Source: an uncultured Anaerolineales bacterium
GTDB taxonomy: Bacteria; Chloroflexota; Anaerolineae; Anaerolineales; UBA11858
DNA length: 64,000 bases
NCBI GenBank assembly: GCA_964419495.1
Contig: CAYQQX010000007.1
Span: 919-64,918, forward strand
Reading direction: 5' to 3'
Part shown: piece by piece, positions 1 through 9,469 of the stretch
Layout of the letters: the number at the start of each line of letters is the position of its first letter
How positions within the stretch are numbered: position 1 is the first letter of the stretch
Notes under the pieces: model-generated
Told to the model about the DNA's origin: nothing
What the model saw: only the letters and a program-made list of their open reading frames with translations
Database searches by the model: none
Program-made: the position numbers and the translations under genes

Positions 1-70
1 TTCTCAAACGATCCCATGTTCGTTGGTATAAGAGAAGTATGTGCCGGTTACCGGGATTTCTTTTCGCCAT
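1..70 (-). CDS. 5' end of a hypothetical protein running off the left edge (MAKRNPGNRHILLLYQRTWDRLR...)
   Basis: ATG at 70 on the minus strand, 21 nt after the stop of the kinase gene; open to the window edge; too short to assign a function. Confidence 0.4.
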   Translation of the reverse strand, partial: MAKRNPGNRHILLLYQRTWDRLR

Positions 71-91
71 AAACTATTTTTTTCCTGTTTA

Positions 92-1900
92 TTACTGGTT
101 CGCAGATGTTGGGAGGGTGAACCAGAAGGTGCTGCCTTCATTAAGCTGACTGTTGAACCCAATTTCGCCGCCCATAATGTCAATCAATCTCTGGGTCACA
201 TTCAAGCCTAAGCCCCAACCTGTTTGCTCGCGTACTGCAGCAGACTCAGAACGGAAAAACTGAGTAAAGAGTTTGGTTTGTTCCTCTGTGCTGATACCAA
301 TGCCGGTATCAGATACTTCTACGCAGATTTGCCCGTTTTTTGGATAAGCACGAACGGAAATCTCACCGCCGTCGGGAGTGTATTTCCATGCGTTGCTTAT
401 AAGGTTGGTCAGCACTTGTACAACTCTGCTGGGATCTGCATAGGCCTCTAAGGGGTCTTTAGGGAGATCGGCAAGTAAATTTTGTGATTTTTCTTCGAAT
501 TTATGCCGTAAGCTGCTTAGTGTTTCAAGAACCTGAGTTTGCACTGTGATGATTTCAGGTTTGAGATTTATCTTGCCACGTTCGATTCTGGAGATATCAG
601 AAAGATCTGAAATCAAATCGGTCATGCGGCCAACATTGTTGCCTATTACGTCGAGAAATTCTTTTTGTTGATCGGTGATCTCTCCAACAATTCCCTGGCG
701 GATCAAATCTGTATAGCCTTTGATGGATGTCAAAGGAATGCGCAATTCATGGGTTACAATAGAAACAAATTGGGATTTCGCTTCGTTGGCAAACTCAATT
801 ACTGCATAGAGACGTGCATTCTCGACAGCTGCCGCTGAACGTCCAGCTAAACGCTCCAGGAATTGTTGATCGGAAGCAGAAATTGTCTCAGGATGGGAAA
901 TGATGATTGCACCAATCACTATACCGGCGTGTGTGAGGGGTGCTAAGAAATAGTTAGGGTTGTCTCCTTTAGCGGGTAAAAGTTTGGGAGCAGAATCCTG
1001 TGATATATTGGAAACCACCCAATCGTCAAGTTCGAGAGTAGTTTCATCTTGAGAAGTAGAAACTAAGCTGGTGACTGAGTCTTCCTCATCGCAGAGAACC
1101 ACCCAACTTTCAGCAGCCTTTGTGCCTGTGAGTGCCCATTGGCGTGTGATCTGTAATACATGATCCAAATCTAATTGGGCATTCAGCTCCTGATCGATCA
1201 AGCTGAGGGTTTCTAACTCTGCGACCCGAGCTCCCAACGCCCGATCAGTCTGGGTATAGAGTTTGGCATTTTCTATCGCTACAGCGGCTTGAGTGGCGAA
1301 TGTATTGAGAAGATCGAGATCATCTTGTATAAAGATCCCTGAACGAGCGCGATTATCCACATAGATTACGCCAATAATATTGCCTCGAGCGCGTAAGGGC
1401 GCGCACATGATAGAACGAAGTGCATGAAGGATTACGGATTCTTGATCTGAGAATCTGGGATCATCTTGAGCATCGGTCGTTACAACGCCTCTCCCACTTT
1501 CAATGACAGAGCTGATTACCGTGCGGCTGACGTTCATATCTTCACGCTGGAGATTTTCTTGCTGAATATTTCTGGCAGCAACCAGATTCAATTCAGGCGA
1601 ATCCTTGTTTACCAGCGTGAGAAACCCACGTTCTGCATTGGTCAGTTGAATAACTGCATCCATCACTTGAGTGAGTACTTCATCAAGGTTAAGAGAAACC
1701 CCTAAACTTTGGGAAACACGATAAAGCGCTGCTAAGCGACCTTGCCCCGCGTCCCGTTCAAGTGTATTCTTGAGTTGACCTAGACGACTGCTAGCATTGT
1801 TTAATACTGCCCGCGTATCGACTGGGAGGGTTTGTTTCCCCAGGCGATTTAGCGCTTGCTCGAGTTCGTTTATAGTATTTATGTGTTGTTCTTTCTTCAT
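92..1900 (-). CDS. Cytoplasmic sensor histidine kinase, GAF-GAF-HisKA-HATPase
   Basis: Two GAF-like regions (RSIMCAPLRARGNIIGVIYVDN; APLTHAGIVIGAI), H-box THELRIPLTSIKGY, N-box NLISNAWKYT, G-boxes DTGIGI and GWGLGL; no TM segment. Start placed at ATG 1900 because the ORF-track start (1948) spans a -10-like TATAAT. Confidence 0.92.
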   Translation of the reverse strand: MKKEQHINTINELEQALNRLGKQTLPVDTRAVLNNASSRLGQLKNTLERDAGQGRLAALYRVSQSLGVSLNLDEVLTQVMDAVIQLTNAERGFLTLVNKDSPELNLVAARNIQQENLQREDMNVSRTVISSVIESGRGVVTTDAQDDPRFSDQESVILHALRSIMCAPLRARGNIIGVIYVDNRARSGIFIQDDLDLLNTFATQAAVAIENAKLYTQTDRALGARVAELETLSLIDQELNAQLDLDHVLQITRQWALTGTKAAESWVVLCDEEDSVTSLVSTSQDETTLELDDWVVSNISQDSAPKLLPAKGDNPNYFLAPLTHAGIVIGAIIISHPETISASDQQFLERLAGRSAAAVENARLYAVIEFANEAKSQFVSIVTHELRIPLTSIKGYTDLIRQGIVGEITDQQKEFLDVIGNNVGRMTDLISDLSDISRIERGKINLKPEIITVQTQVLETLSSLRHKFEEKSQNLLADLPKDPLEAYADPSRVVQVLTNLISNAWKYTPDGGEISVRAYPKNGQICVEVSDTGIGISTEEQTKLFTQFFRSESAAVREQTGWGLGLNVTQRLIDIMGGEIGFNSQLNEGSTFWFTLPTSANQ

Positions 1901-1959
1901 TGTATGTTGAAAAATACTGTAAATGCTGGCACATGGATTATACAGCATTTATTGCTTGC

Positions 1960-2376
1960 TTACTTTAATAGCGCTGTATCAACTTCCTGTGCACATCTAA
2001 CGAAGTCAAGTACCACTGGAACATTTCTCATCATGTATGCCATACTGCCTTTGACGCGCAGCTTGCGAGTTATCATTGCTTGCATGGGGTCTAGATCACC
2101 CATGATGATGCGAGTGAAGTTGTTATAAGGTGCGCTGAGTATAAATGCTGGGCTTAGTTCACTTTCTCCGCCTTCATCGACGATGAAAGCCTCACGGCAT
2201 TCACCGTGCCATAAATCGAGATAAAGCATCATGGGTGCATTGAGTGCTCCTTCAGGTTCGATGTTGAACATAAGATCGCCTTCCCATTTGCTGGCGATTC
2301 GAGCATATCGTTCATCGGTATTAAGTTTTTCTTCAAGTGCCTGCAGCCATTCGACGCTGGGAAATAAATGTGCCAT
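1960..2376 (-). CDS. SCP2 sterol/lipid-binding domain protein
   Basis: SCP2-type C-terminus GDLDPMQAMITRKLRVKGSMAYMMR; ATG 2376 preceded by GAGG; this start avoids overlap with the upstream gene. Confidence 0.8.
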   Translation of the reverse strand: MAHLFPSVEWLQALEEKLNTDERYARIASKWEGDLMFNIEPEGALNAPMMLYLDLWHGECREAFIVDEGGESELSPAFILSAPYNNFTRIIMGDLDPMQAMITRKLRVKGSMAYMMRNVPVVLDFVRCAQEVDTALLK

Positions 2377-2401
2377 ATTATGCCTCGCTTTTAGATTTGA
2401 G

Positions 2402-3919
2402 CTATTTCTTTGTTTCGTAAGTTGACAAAAAAGTCTCACAAATGACCAAGGGGATGATTGGAAATGCCCAGGTCATATATTGCCGGAAAAGAACTGAATT
2501 AAAATCGACAAAGATAAGCAAAATGAAGAGTGCAGCCGTATAATGGCTGATTTTTTTGAACCATGCTGCAAGGAAGATGAGTGCCATCAAGATCAACATG
2601 GGAAGTTTTGCGGGTATGCCGGAAAGTCCCAATAAGGTATCAATAGCTGGTGCCCCAAAATGACTTTCTGAAATTCGGGTTGCGGAGACGAAAATAGATT
2701 TCACAAATCCCTTAGCATTCCAAACTAAAAAGGGCAACGAAACGCCGAGTGGAATACTGGCCAAAACGAAATTTAGCTGCAAAAACTGCTTGATCGATTT
2801 GTTTTCAACAGATTGCCAAATCCAAATTACATACAGGGGAATCATGAACATGGCAATATGTTTCACGCTGAGTGAAAATCCAAATGCCAATAATGAGATA
2901 ACTTTATACCTGGGCCATATTACCAATGAGAGCAGCATGAAGAATATGGCGATGAAATCTATTTGGTAGATCATCGTCATGTGTAATGTCCATCGGTTGA
3001 ATAGCCAGAATAATGCTGCGATGATGGCAAATATTATGCTGTGATACCGATGATAGGGAATAAAAAATAGTAAATATGCAATTGCCAGGTTGGCGACCAA
3101 GAAAATGACCCGCCAGAAACCCAGCCAATGGATGAAATCTTCCAGGCCGATATCTTGTGTTATTGATCCAAAAAGATAAAACGTGGGCAAATAAGTGGCA
3201 AATCCCTGGTTCCATGCCATATCGGAATCAAGATCTAACACACGTTTATAAGGGTTTATCCCCTGCTGTAGCCGATCCGCATCACTGAAAAGGGCTTTTA
3301 TATCCTGTTTTTCGAGATCAAATTTGCCATCCTGATTGAAAATAGAATGCGGATCCCAGTCTTTAGGTTGCAATTCCCACAAATATGAATGCATTGCCAA
3401 TCCGCTTATGAGGATGACAAATAAAATTAAGACAGCAATTCCATGAGATCGAAAATACTGTTTCCGAACACCTCTATCGTGAAAGATAAAAACCAATGTT
3501 TGTCCACAAATGATTGTGAACCAAAACATAAAGGGTGCCAATCGTGTGAAGTAACCCTTGATGAAAAGGTCTGTTGTTGTATTGGCAGTAATAATAAAAT
3601 ACGCACCATAAAAAAAACCTGATAAGGAAAGAATGAATCCTGTTGTCAAATTACCATCTGATTGGATAACGGATTCAATTCGCAGTTCAGTTTTCGCTGA
3701 CCATATGGGATCTTTGAATGCTTTCCATGTGATGATGGCTAACCCGAGAAGCATCACAATCATTATTGCTAAGAGAATCAAGCGGAATGTAGAGAAACCA
3801 AAAAATATTCCATTTTCAGGATCACTGGGGATGAAGATTAGCCATAATTGGGCTATGAGCCCGGCAATCAGTGATGCAAGTAGATAGGTTTGTAGAGAAT
3901 ATTTATTTGTTGATTTCAT
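2402..3919 (-). CDS. Polytopic membrane glycosyltransferase, GT-C fold (GT87/DUF2029-like), with an extra N-terminal membrane module
   Basis: Many hydrophobic segments; GT87-like motifs TYLPTFYL, QIDFIAIFFMLLS, LSVKHIAMFMIP. Confidence 0.65.
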   Translation of the reverse strand: MKSTNKYSLQTYLLASLIAGLIAQLWLIFIPSDPENGIFFGFSTFRLILLAIMIVMLLGLAIITWKAFKDPIWSAKTELRIESVIQSDGNLTTGFILSLSGFFYGAYFIITANTTTDLFIKGYFTRLAPFMFWFTIICGQTLVFIFHDRGVRKQYFRSHGIAVLILFVILISGLAMHSYLWELQPKDWDPHSIFNQDGKFDLEKQDIKALFSDADRLQQGINPYKRVLDLDSDMAWNQGFATYLPTFYLFGSITQDIGLEDFIHWLGFWRVIFLVANLAIAYLLFFIPYHRYHSIIFAIIAALFWLFNRWTLHMTMIYQIDFIAIFFMLLSLVIWPRYKVISLLAFGFSLSVKHIAMFMIPLYVIWIWQSVENKSIKQFLQLNFVLASIPLGVSLPFLVWNAKGFVKSIFVSATRISESHFGAPAIDTLLGLSGIPAKLPMLILMALIFLAAWFKKISHYTAALFILLIFVDFNSVLFRQYMTWAFPIIPLVICETFLSTYETKK

Positions 3920-4593
3920 TATTGTTGATCTGATTCTTCTAAGAAGACAGTTGAAAAATAATCACAAAAATCCTGGAGCGGACATTTATTGCAATGTGCC
4001 TGACGCGCCTGGCAAATTTCTCGGCCTAATCGGATTACATTTAAATGTGCCGCGTAATAGCTATCGGGAGGGAATTGTTCGGCGAGATGCTTGTGGGCTT
4101 TATCTGCAGACATCTTTTTTGGTCGTAGGCCAATGCGGCCAGTGACACGGTGGACATGCGTATCAACAGGGAAGGCAGGTTTGCCTAACGAAAACTGTAA
4201 TACAATCGACGCGGTTTTCGGGCCGACACCTCTAAATTTCATTAGCCAATCGTATGCTTCTTCTGATGATAAGTCGTTCAAAAAACCTAAATCCAAGGAA
4301 CCACGTTCCTCAGTGATCTTTTTGAGTATATTTTGGATACGGGGACCTTTTTGGTTGGCGAGTCCGGCGATGCGTATAGCCTCGATGATGTCATCAGAAT
4401 TTGCATCGCGTACTTGCTCCCATGTTGGAAACCGGTCTCGTAGTGAATCGAATGCTTTGTCGCGATTTATGTCGTTTGTGTTTTGAGAGAGAATAGTAGA
4501 AACTAGTTCATCCAGAGCTGGTAAAGGATTTCGCCAGGTTGGTTCCCCATAATGATCTAGTAAACGTTGATGAACTTCTAAAGCTCTATTCAT
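3919..4593 (-). CDS. nth: Endonuclease III (HhH-GPD DNA glycosylase/AP lyase, 4Fe-4S)
   Basis: ILSQNT, HhH GVGPKTA, VDTHVHRV, C-terminal C-x6-C-x2-C-x5-C (CQARQAHCNKCPLQDFC). Confidence 0.9.
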   Translation of the reverse strand: MNRALEVHQRLLDHYGEPTWRNPLPALDELVSTILSQNTNDINRDKAFDSLRDRFPTWEQVRDANSDDIIEAIRIAGLANQKGPRIQNILKKITEERGSLDLGFLNDLSSEEAYDWLMKFRGVGPKTASIVLQFSLGKPAFPVDTHVHRVTGRIGLRPKKMSADKAHKHLAEQFPPDSYYAAHLNVIRLGREICQARQAHCNKCPLQDFCDYFSTVFLEESDQQ

Positions 4594-4596
4594 AAT

Positions 4597-5652
4597 TTAT
4601 TGGTTTGGAAGGTTTATCTCAATTACAGGCCTGAGTTCTCCGACAGTAAGTTTACGCCAATTCTGCAAGATGTAACTGGGACCGAAGGATGACAATTTTT
4701 CTAATTGGGATTGATTCAGTACCCCAAGCTGACGAAGAATTTCTAGAATGGCAGCGGGTCGGGCGCGCATTTTCAAGTCACCGTCCCCAATTTTGATGGC
4801 GATTCCAATGCCAGGCGAATCTTTGCTGATTGCCCCAGGCATAATCCCTATACAGAAGTATCCTTCTGCACCTACTTTGGCGACAACTTTACCTTCAGCG
4901 GCTTCCATGAGATGGGTATCAAAGCGTCCTGGGCCAGCGACCATATCAGGGTAAGAAGTCATGGCATCCGTGATGGTTTTACAAGCTTCAGATCTCTTAG
5001 CAGGAAGATCATGTGGATCACAAAGCCGCGCGAATCCTAGGGCTGTATTCTTTAGGGGAATGGCAAAATTGGGAGCAGAACAACCATCGGTGCCCATTGA
5101 AACAGCCTCGGGGTCGATTCCACACATCTCACAGAAGGTGAGTTTGATCTCTTTTTGGATAGGATGCCCGGGGTTTATATAGTCTGTCATTGGGACATCC
5201 CTTAATTGAGCCAGCGCTAACATGCCCGTATGTTTGCCCGAGCAGTTATGTCGTTTTGGTGTGGGTTCAATCCCTTGTGATCGAAGGGCAAATGACGTTT
5301 CTGGATCAAGCGGGGGATGTGAGCCGCACAACAGATAACCATCATCTACATTGATCTTATTTTGAATTCCAAGAACTGTTTCAGCATGATCGTCTGTTCC
5401 ACCATGGGATGCGCAAATAACAGCGATCTCTTTTTTGGATAATCCCCAATGATGGTGACCATCACTTTCGATAAGCGGTATAGCTTGAAAAGGTTTTGCT
5501 GCAGATCGGAGAAATGAAGTCGCCATCGGGTCGCCGTGAGATGCGAGCAGCTGATTATGCGAATCGACAATAGCAAACGCGCCAAAGTGAATTGACTCTA
5601 CAATGCTTCCACGCGTCAATTCGAGGATAGGGAGGTAAGTTGAATTCGTCAT
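4597..5652 (-). CDS. L-asparaginase II family (Rhizobium etli-type) protein
   Basis: Motifs RSAAKPFQA, CASHGG, HNCSGKH, DGCSAP, AKVGAEG. Confidence 0.88.
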   Translation of the reverse strand: MTNSTYLPILELTRGSIVESIHFGAFAIVDSHNQLLASHGDPMATSFLRSAAKPFQAIPLIESDGHHHWGLSKKEIAVICASHGGTDDHAETVLGIQNKINVDDGYLLCGSHPPLDPETSFALRSQGIEPTPKRHNCSGKHTGMLALAQLRDVPMTDYINPGHPIQKEIKLTFCEMCGIDPEAVSMGTDGCSAPNFAIPLKNTALGFARLCDPHDLPAKRSEACKTITDAMTSYPDMVAGPGRFDTHLMEAAEGKVVAKVGAEGYFCIGIMPGAISKDSPGIGIAIKIGDGDLKMRARPAAILEILRQLGVLNQSQLEKLSSFGPSYILQNWRKLTVGELRPVIEINLPNQ

Positions 5653-5687
5653 AATGTGGATATTTTTGTAAGGGCTTTAAAAATAAT

Positions 5688-6521
5688 TTACTCGAAGTGG
5701 CGCGTATAGTATTCTAAGAGGCCAAACTGCAGGCGTTGGAAGAAAAAATTCTCCATCTTGGATGAGTATGAAAGTTTATCCAATAACGCCGGTATCATCT
5801 TTAAAGTTTCTTCAGGATCGGCATTTCGCTTGGCGATGGTTTTCAATCGCCCGTTGATAGATTTTAAAAATTTACGTTGTTCGCGAACCTGATTGATAGT
5901 TATCGGCCCACCTCTACCGCTGATGATGGTGTAGTCGGAATATTGGCGAGAGGCTAGTAAATTTAACGTTTCATGCCAGATTTCCAGATCCGCTCTGGCC
6001 AGAAATGGGGGTTGACTTGGAGTGACTGCATCACCAATGAATAATATCTTTTTCTCAGGAATATGAACCCATGTTGCACCGGGCGTAGGACCTGGATGAT
6101 GTTCTATACATATTTTTGAATCACCCCAATTTAGGGCGAATTCTTCATTGAAAGTTATATTGGGGCGCTCCCAACGAGTTCCACTGACTTCGGGGAAGTG
6201 TTCCCACTCCGCGCCTCTTTCATTATTTTGACCTTTGAATATCGTGGTTCTTTCTTGAAATGCTTGAGCGGTCAATTCGTGCGCCACAATAGGAAAATCA
6301 ATGGCTCGACTGCCCAGTGTGCGGTCCTCATGGATATCCAGGATAACCATCAGCCTGTGTGTTCCCAAGCTCTGTGTGAGTAGTGAAGATTTCCAAGATT
6401 GGGCTTCATCGGATCGAAGTGGAGAGTCGATGAGTAGCGTTCCTTGGGGATGCGTAACTGCCCCAACCGTCACCCCTGCGTAGGAAGCGTCATAATAAAT
6501 ATTCTTTGCAATAGCTTGCAT
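5688..6521 (-). CDS. Metallo-beta-lactamase-fold protein with degenerate metal motif
   Basis: LLIDSP, DIHEDRTLG in place of HxHxDH, HHPGPTPG, LFIGDAV, IISGRG; ATG 6521 with AAGGAG Shine-Dalgarno. Confidence 0.75.
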   Translation of the reverse strand: MQAIAKNIYYDASYAGVTVGAVTHPQGTLLIDSPLRSDEAQSWKSSLLTQSLGTHRLMVILDIHEDRTLGSRAIDFPIVAHELTAQAFQERTTIFKGQNNERGAEWEHFPEVSGTRWERPNITFNEEFALNWGDSKICIEHHPGPTPGATWVHIPEKKILFIGDAVTPSQPPFLARADLEIWHETLNLLASRQYSDYTIISGRGGPITINQVREQRKFLKSINGRLKTIAKRNADPEETLKMIPALLDKLSYSSKMENFFFQRLQFGLLEYYTRHFE

Positions 6522-6543
6522 AGATGCTCCTTTACGAATATTG

Positions 6544-8643
6544 CTAAAGGTCGGAATCGTCCTCTGCGATGGGAAGTGTGAAAGCAAAGCGAGCTCCACC
6601 CTGTGTAGTGGCATCAACCCAAATGCGACCGCCATGCCCCTCTACAGCCAATCGACAATATGCCAATCCAAGACCAATACCTTTCGGACCGCCTTTCCCA
6701 AGGAGACGTGTGTATTTGTCAAAGATCGTCGGCCGTTTTTCCTCCGGGATCCCAGGCCCAGTATCTTCGACCCAAAAACACAATTCTTGACCCGTTTTCG
6801 CAGCTCCAACGGTTATATGACTTTCGGGTGGTGTGTATTTAACAGCATTCTCTAGTAAATTGATCAATACCCTCTGGATCATATTTTCGTCAACATTTGT
6901 AAGAGGGATACCTTCTTGGATGCGGATATATACTTCTTGATCTTTGTTGTTAGCGATAGGAAGGATGGCGTCAACCGATGCATTGATAATGCTATCTACC
7001 TCAGTTGGGGCAGTGCTCGTGACAGGCTGACCTGCCTCGAGACGGTTGATATCTAATAGAGAGTTTGTCAGCCTTTCGATACGCTTTGTAGAGCGAACCG
7101 CGATCTCGAACAGAGATTGAACCGTCGGGTCATGATCAAAGGATTGGATGCTTTCTAACACATCAAGGCTGGATAAAACGTTCCCTAATGGAGAGCGAAG
7201 ATCGTGGTAGATCATAGAGAGTAAGTCATCTCTCAATTGCTCTAGTTCTTTGCGCTCGGTTATGTTTCGGAAAGTCCACTGAAGGTGATTCATTCCATCA
7301 ATCTGAACGGTATGCACATGAGCTTCGATTGGAATGATCAATTCAGTGGAGGTCACTAACTCGGATTCATAAGAGATGGTTTTATCTGGTGAGATATATT
7401 CGATGCTTTCCCCAATTTCATCCGTGTCTAATTCGTGCACCTCACTGATATGTTTTAGTTGAAGTTGTTCTCTTGTAAACCCAGTGAAATCAAAAGTCTG
7501 GTTATTTACCTCGATAACATGGCCGCGCATATCTGTGATGAGAATGGCATCGATACTGCTATTGTACAGGTCTCGGTAGCGTTTGTGGGCGGCTTGGAGA
7601 TCTTCAAAAAGTTGGGCGTGACGAATAGCAGTTCCGGCCAGACTCCCAATGCCAGTGAGAATGGTTAGTGCATCTGGGCCAAACCTTCCTTCTCGAGGGT
7701 TTAGTGCTTGAATAACACCAATTACTTCGCCTTCTGAAATAATTGGACCGCTGGCAATGGCACGAGTCTCAAAACCGGTAGATCTGTCGAACTGTCTGTA
7801 GAATCTGGGGTCTTGGGTGACATCGGGGACTATAATTCCCTGATTATGTTGTGCAACCCAACCAACGATACCCTGACCAACAGCGACTCTTTTGCCTAGA
7901 ATCGTATCTGCGTTGGCGGTTGTTGCATAGAAAACCAGTGATTCTTTTCTATCATCCAGTAAGGCTAAAGAAACAGCATCCACATTCAGAGCTAGGTTAA
8001 TTTGCTCAAGAATTCGGTTTAACACATCTTCGAGACGCAATGTAGATGTGATCGATGAAGCACTTTTCGCCAATGCACCCATCAGCAGTGCCTGTTGTTG
8101 GCTGGTTTCATACAAGCGCGCGTTTACCACTGCAATGGCTGCCTGATCTGCAATTGCCTGAACTAGTGCTAGATGTTCATCTGTAAAGAAGAGGGGAACT
8201 GGGTGAGATAAGGTGATCACACCGACCAATTGATCTCGAGCAATAAAAGGCACACTCAAAGATGATTTAGCTTTTTCGCTTCCTTCAGATTGCCTTTCAC
8301 TTTTGACCCATCGTTCATCGCGGTTAGTGTTTAGGACGAGAGCTGGTTTGCGATTGTTTACTACCCAACCAGCTAACCCACCTTCTAATAGAGAACGAAT
8401 TTGTTTTGTTGAGTGATCTAAGATTGTATCTTCATAGATTATTGTTGATTCGACAGGGTTTCCCTCATCATTGACAACGATAATACTGCCGCTGACTGCC
8501 CCGATTGTCCTCATTGATAGCGCTAGCACTCGCTGAAGAACAACTGTCAGATCGAGTGTTGAAGCAATCTCTCGACTGATGTGATACAGCAGTTCAAGTG
8601 ATGCTTGCGTGGAAGTATAATCGCTTGCAATTGATGTAACCAT
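6544..8643 (-). CDS. Cytoplasmic sensor histidine kinase, GAF-GAF-PAS-HisKA-HATPase
   Basis: Two GAF regions, PAS-like DAILITDMRGHVIEVN, H-box YHDLRSPL, N-box NLLENAVKYT, DTGPGI, GIGLGL; no TM segment. Confidence 0.92.
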   Translation of the reverse strand: MVTSIASDYTSTQASLELLYHISREIASTLDLTVVLQRVLALSMRTIGAVSGSIIVVNDEGNPVESTIIYEDTILDHSTKQIRSLLEGGLAGWVVNNRKPALVLNTNRDERWVKSERQSEGSEKAKSSLSVPFIARDQLVGVITLSHPVPLFFTDEHLALVQAIADQAAIAVVNARLYETSQQQALLMGALAKSASSITSTLRLEDVLNRILEQINLALNVDAVSLALLDDRKESLVFYATTANADTILGKRVAVGQGIVGWVAQHNQGIIVPDVTQDPRFYRQFDRSTGFETRAIASGPIISEGEVIGVIQALNPREGRFGPDALTILTGIGSLAGTAIRHAQLFEDLQAAHKRYRDLYNSSIDAILITDMRGHVIEVNNQTFDFTGFTREQLQLKHISEVHELDTDEIGESIEYISPDKTISYESELVTSTELIIPIEAHVHTVQIDGMNHLQWTFRNITERKELEQLRDDLLSMIYHDLRSPLGNVLSSLDVLESIQSFDHDPTVQSLFEIAVRSTKRIERLTNSLLDINRLEAGQPVTSTAPTEVDSIINASVDAILPIANNKDQEVYIRIQEGIPLTNVDENMIQRVLINLLENAVKYTPPESHITVGAAKTGQELCFWVEDTGPGIPEEKRPTIFDKYTRLLGKGGPKGIGLGLAYCRLAVEGHGGRIWVDATTQGGARFAFTLPIAEDDSDL

Positions 8644-8737
8644 TTGGCGCTCTCTTCTCCTGCCAAGTATAGCATACTGAAGATAAAAAATTGGCGTGCC
8701 AGCAGGTTATTAGAACAAAAAACTAGAGTCGAATAAA

Positions 8738-8771
8738 CAAAAATAGCTGAGGGAATTGCTCCTCAGCTATT
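8738..8771 (-). terminator. Intrinsic terminator after the lipoprotein gene
   Basis: 11-bp perfect stem AATAGCTGAGG (8742-8752)/CCTCAGCTATT (8761-8771) with an A-run on + (U-tract on -), 18 nt after the stop at 8790. Confidence 0.75.
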
Positions 8772-8789
8772 CAATGGCTAAATGTTTTT

Positions 8790-9338
8790 CTATAGATCGA
8801 TTGGATCTAGGATGTGAACTTTAATGTTCCTCGAAAATTGAGATAAATTGGAGATTTTCACACGAATTGCCTTACCCTGTGGGTAGCCACCAAAAATAAC
8901 AGTCTCGCTAAAATCAGTTTTGGCACCTAACTCTTCAATTTCTAGCAACCCTAATTCGGCAAAGGTGTCGCGATAAAACTGAGCGCATTCATCAATTTCT
9001 AAAGACGTTACAAAATCCATGCGCGTGGCATCTTCCATGGAGACAGAGCCATCGTCAGGTACAGGGATCCCCTCGATGAAGGGTAAAACATCTGTTTCGA
9101 TCCCAGCCATAGCTTCCTGGAAAATACCAGCAGGGGAATCTGCGGGAAGTTCTTCAACTTCGGCCTCGACTGCCAGTTCATCAGATTCAGATGCTTCAGG
9201 TTCAGTGGGTTGAGCTGCTTGAGTCGCTGCAGCAGCTTCTTGAGTGCTTTCAGCCTGTCTTTCCGCAGCGGTCTTGCAGGCAATCTGGGCAAACGCCAAG
9301 CTCAAAGCGATTAAGGCAATCCAAATAATTTTTTTCAT
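8790..9338 (-). CDS. Acidic lipoprotein of unknown function
   Basis: MKK + hydrophobic stretch + lipobox-like QIAC; Glu/Ala/Pro-rich linker; GGAGGAG Shine-Dalgarno. Confidence 0.7.
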   Translation of the reverse strand: MKKIIWIALIALSLAFAQIACKTAAERQAESTQEAAAATQAAQPTEPEASESDELAVEAEVEELPADSPAGIFQEAMAGIETDVLPFIEGIPVPDDGSVSMEDATRMDFVTSLEIDECAQFYRDTFAELGLLEIEELGAKTDFSETVIFGGYPQGKAIRVKISNLSQFSRNIKVHILDPIDL

Positions 9339-9469
9339 AACTTCTCCTCCAATGGTGAATTACGAATGGTCGGCGAACTTGTAAATTATAACCCTCCAAT
9401 TCACCAATCGTTAGTAAATTTATGAAATCTTTTGATTCCCCAAAGATCACACGTTCATTTTCAAAAAAA

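Noticed and set aside
9353-9406. 9-bp inverted repeat TGGTGAATT/AATTCACCA upstream of the lipoprotein gene
   Set aside because: 36-nt spacer, AT-rich and single instance; cannot be distinguished from chance
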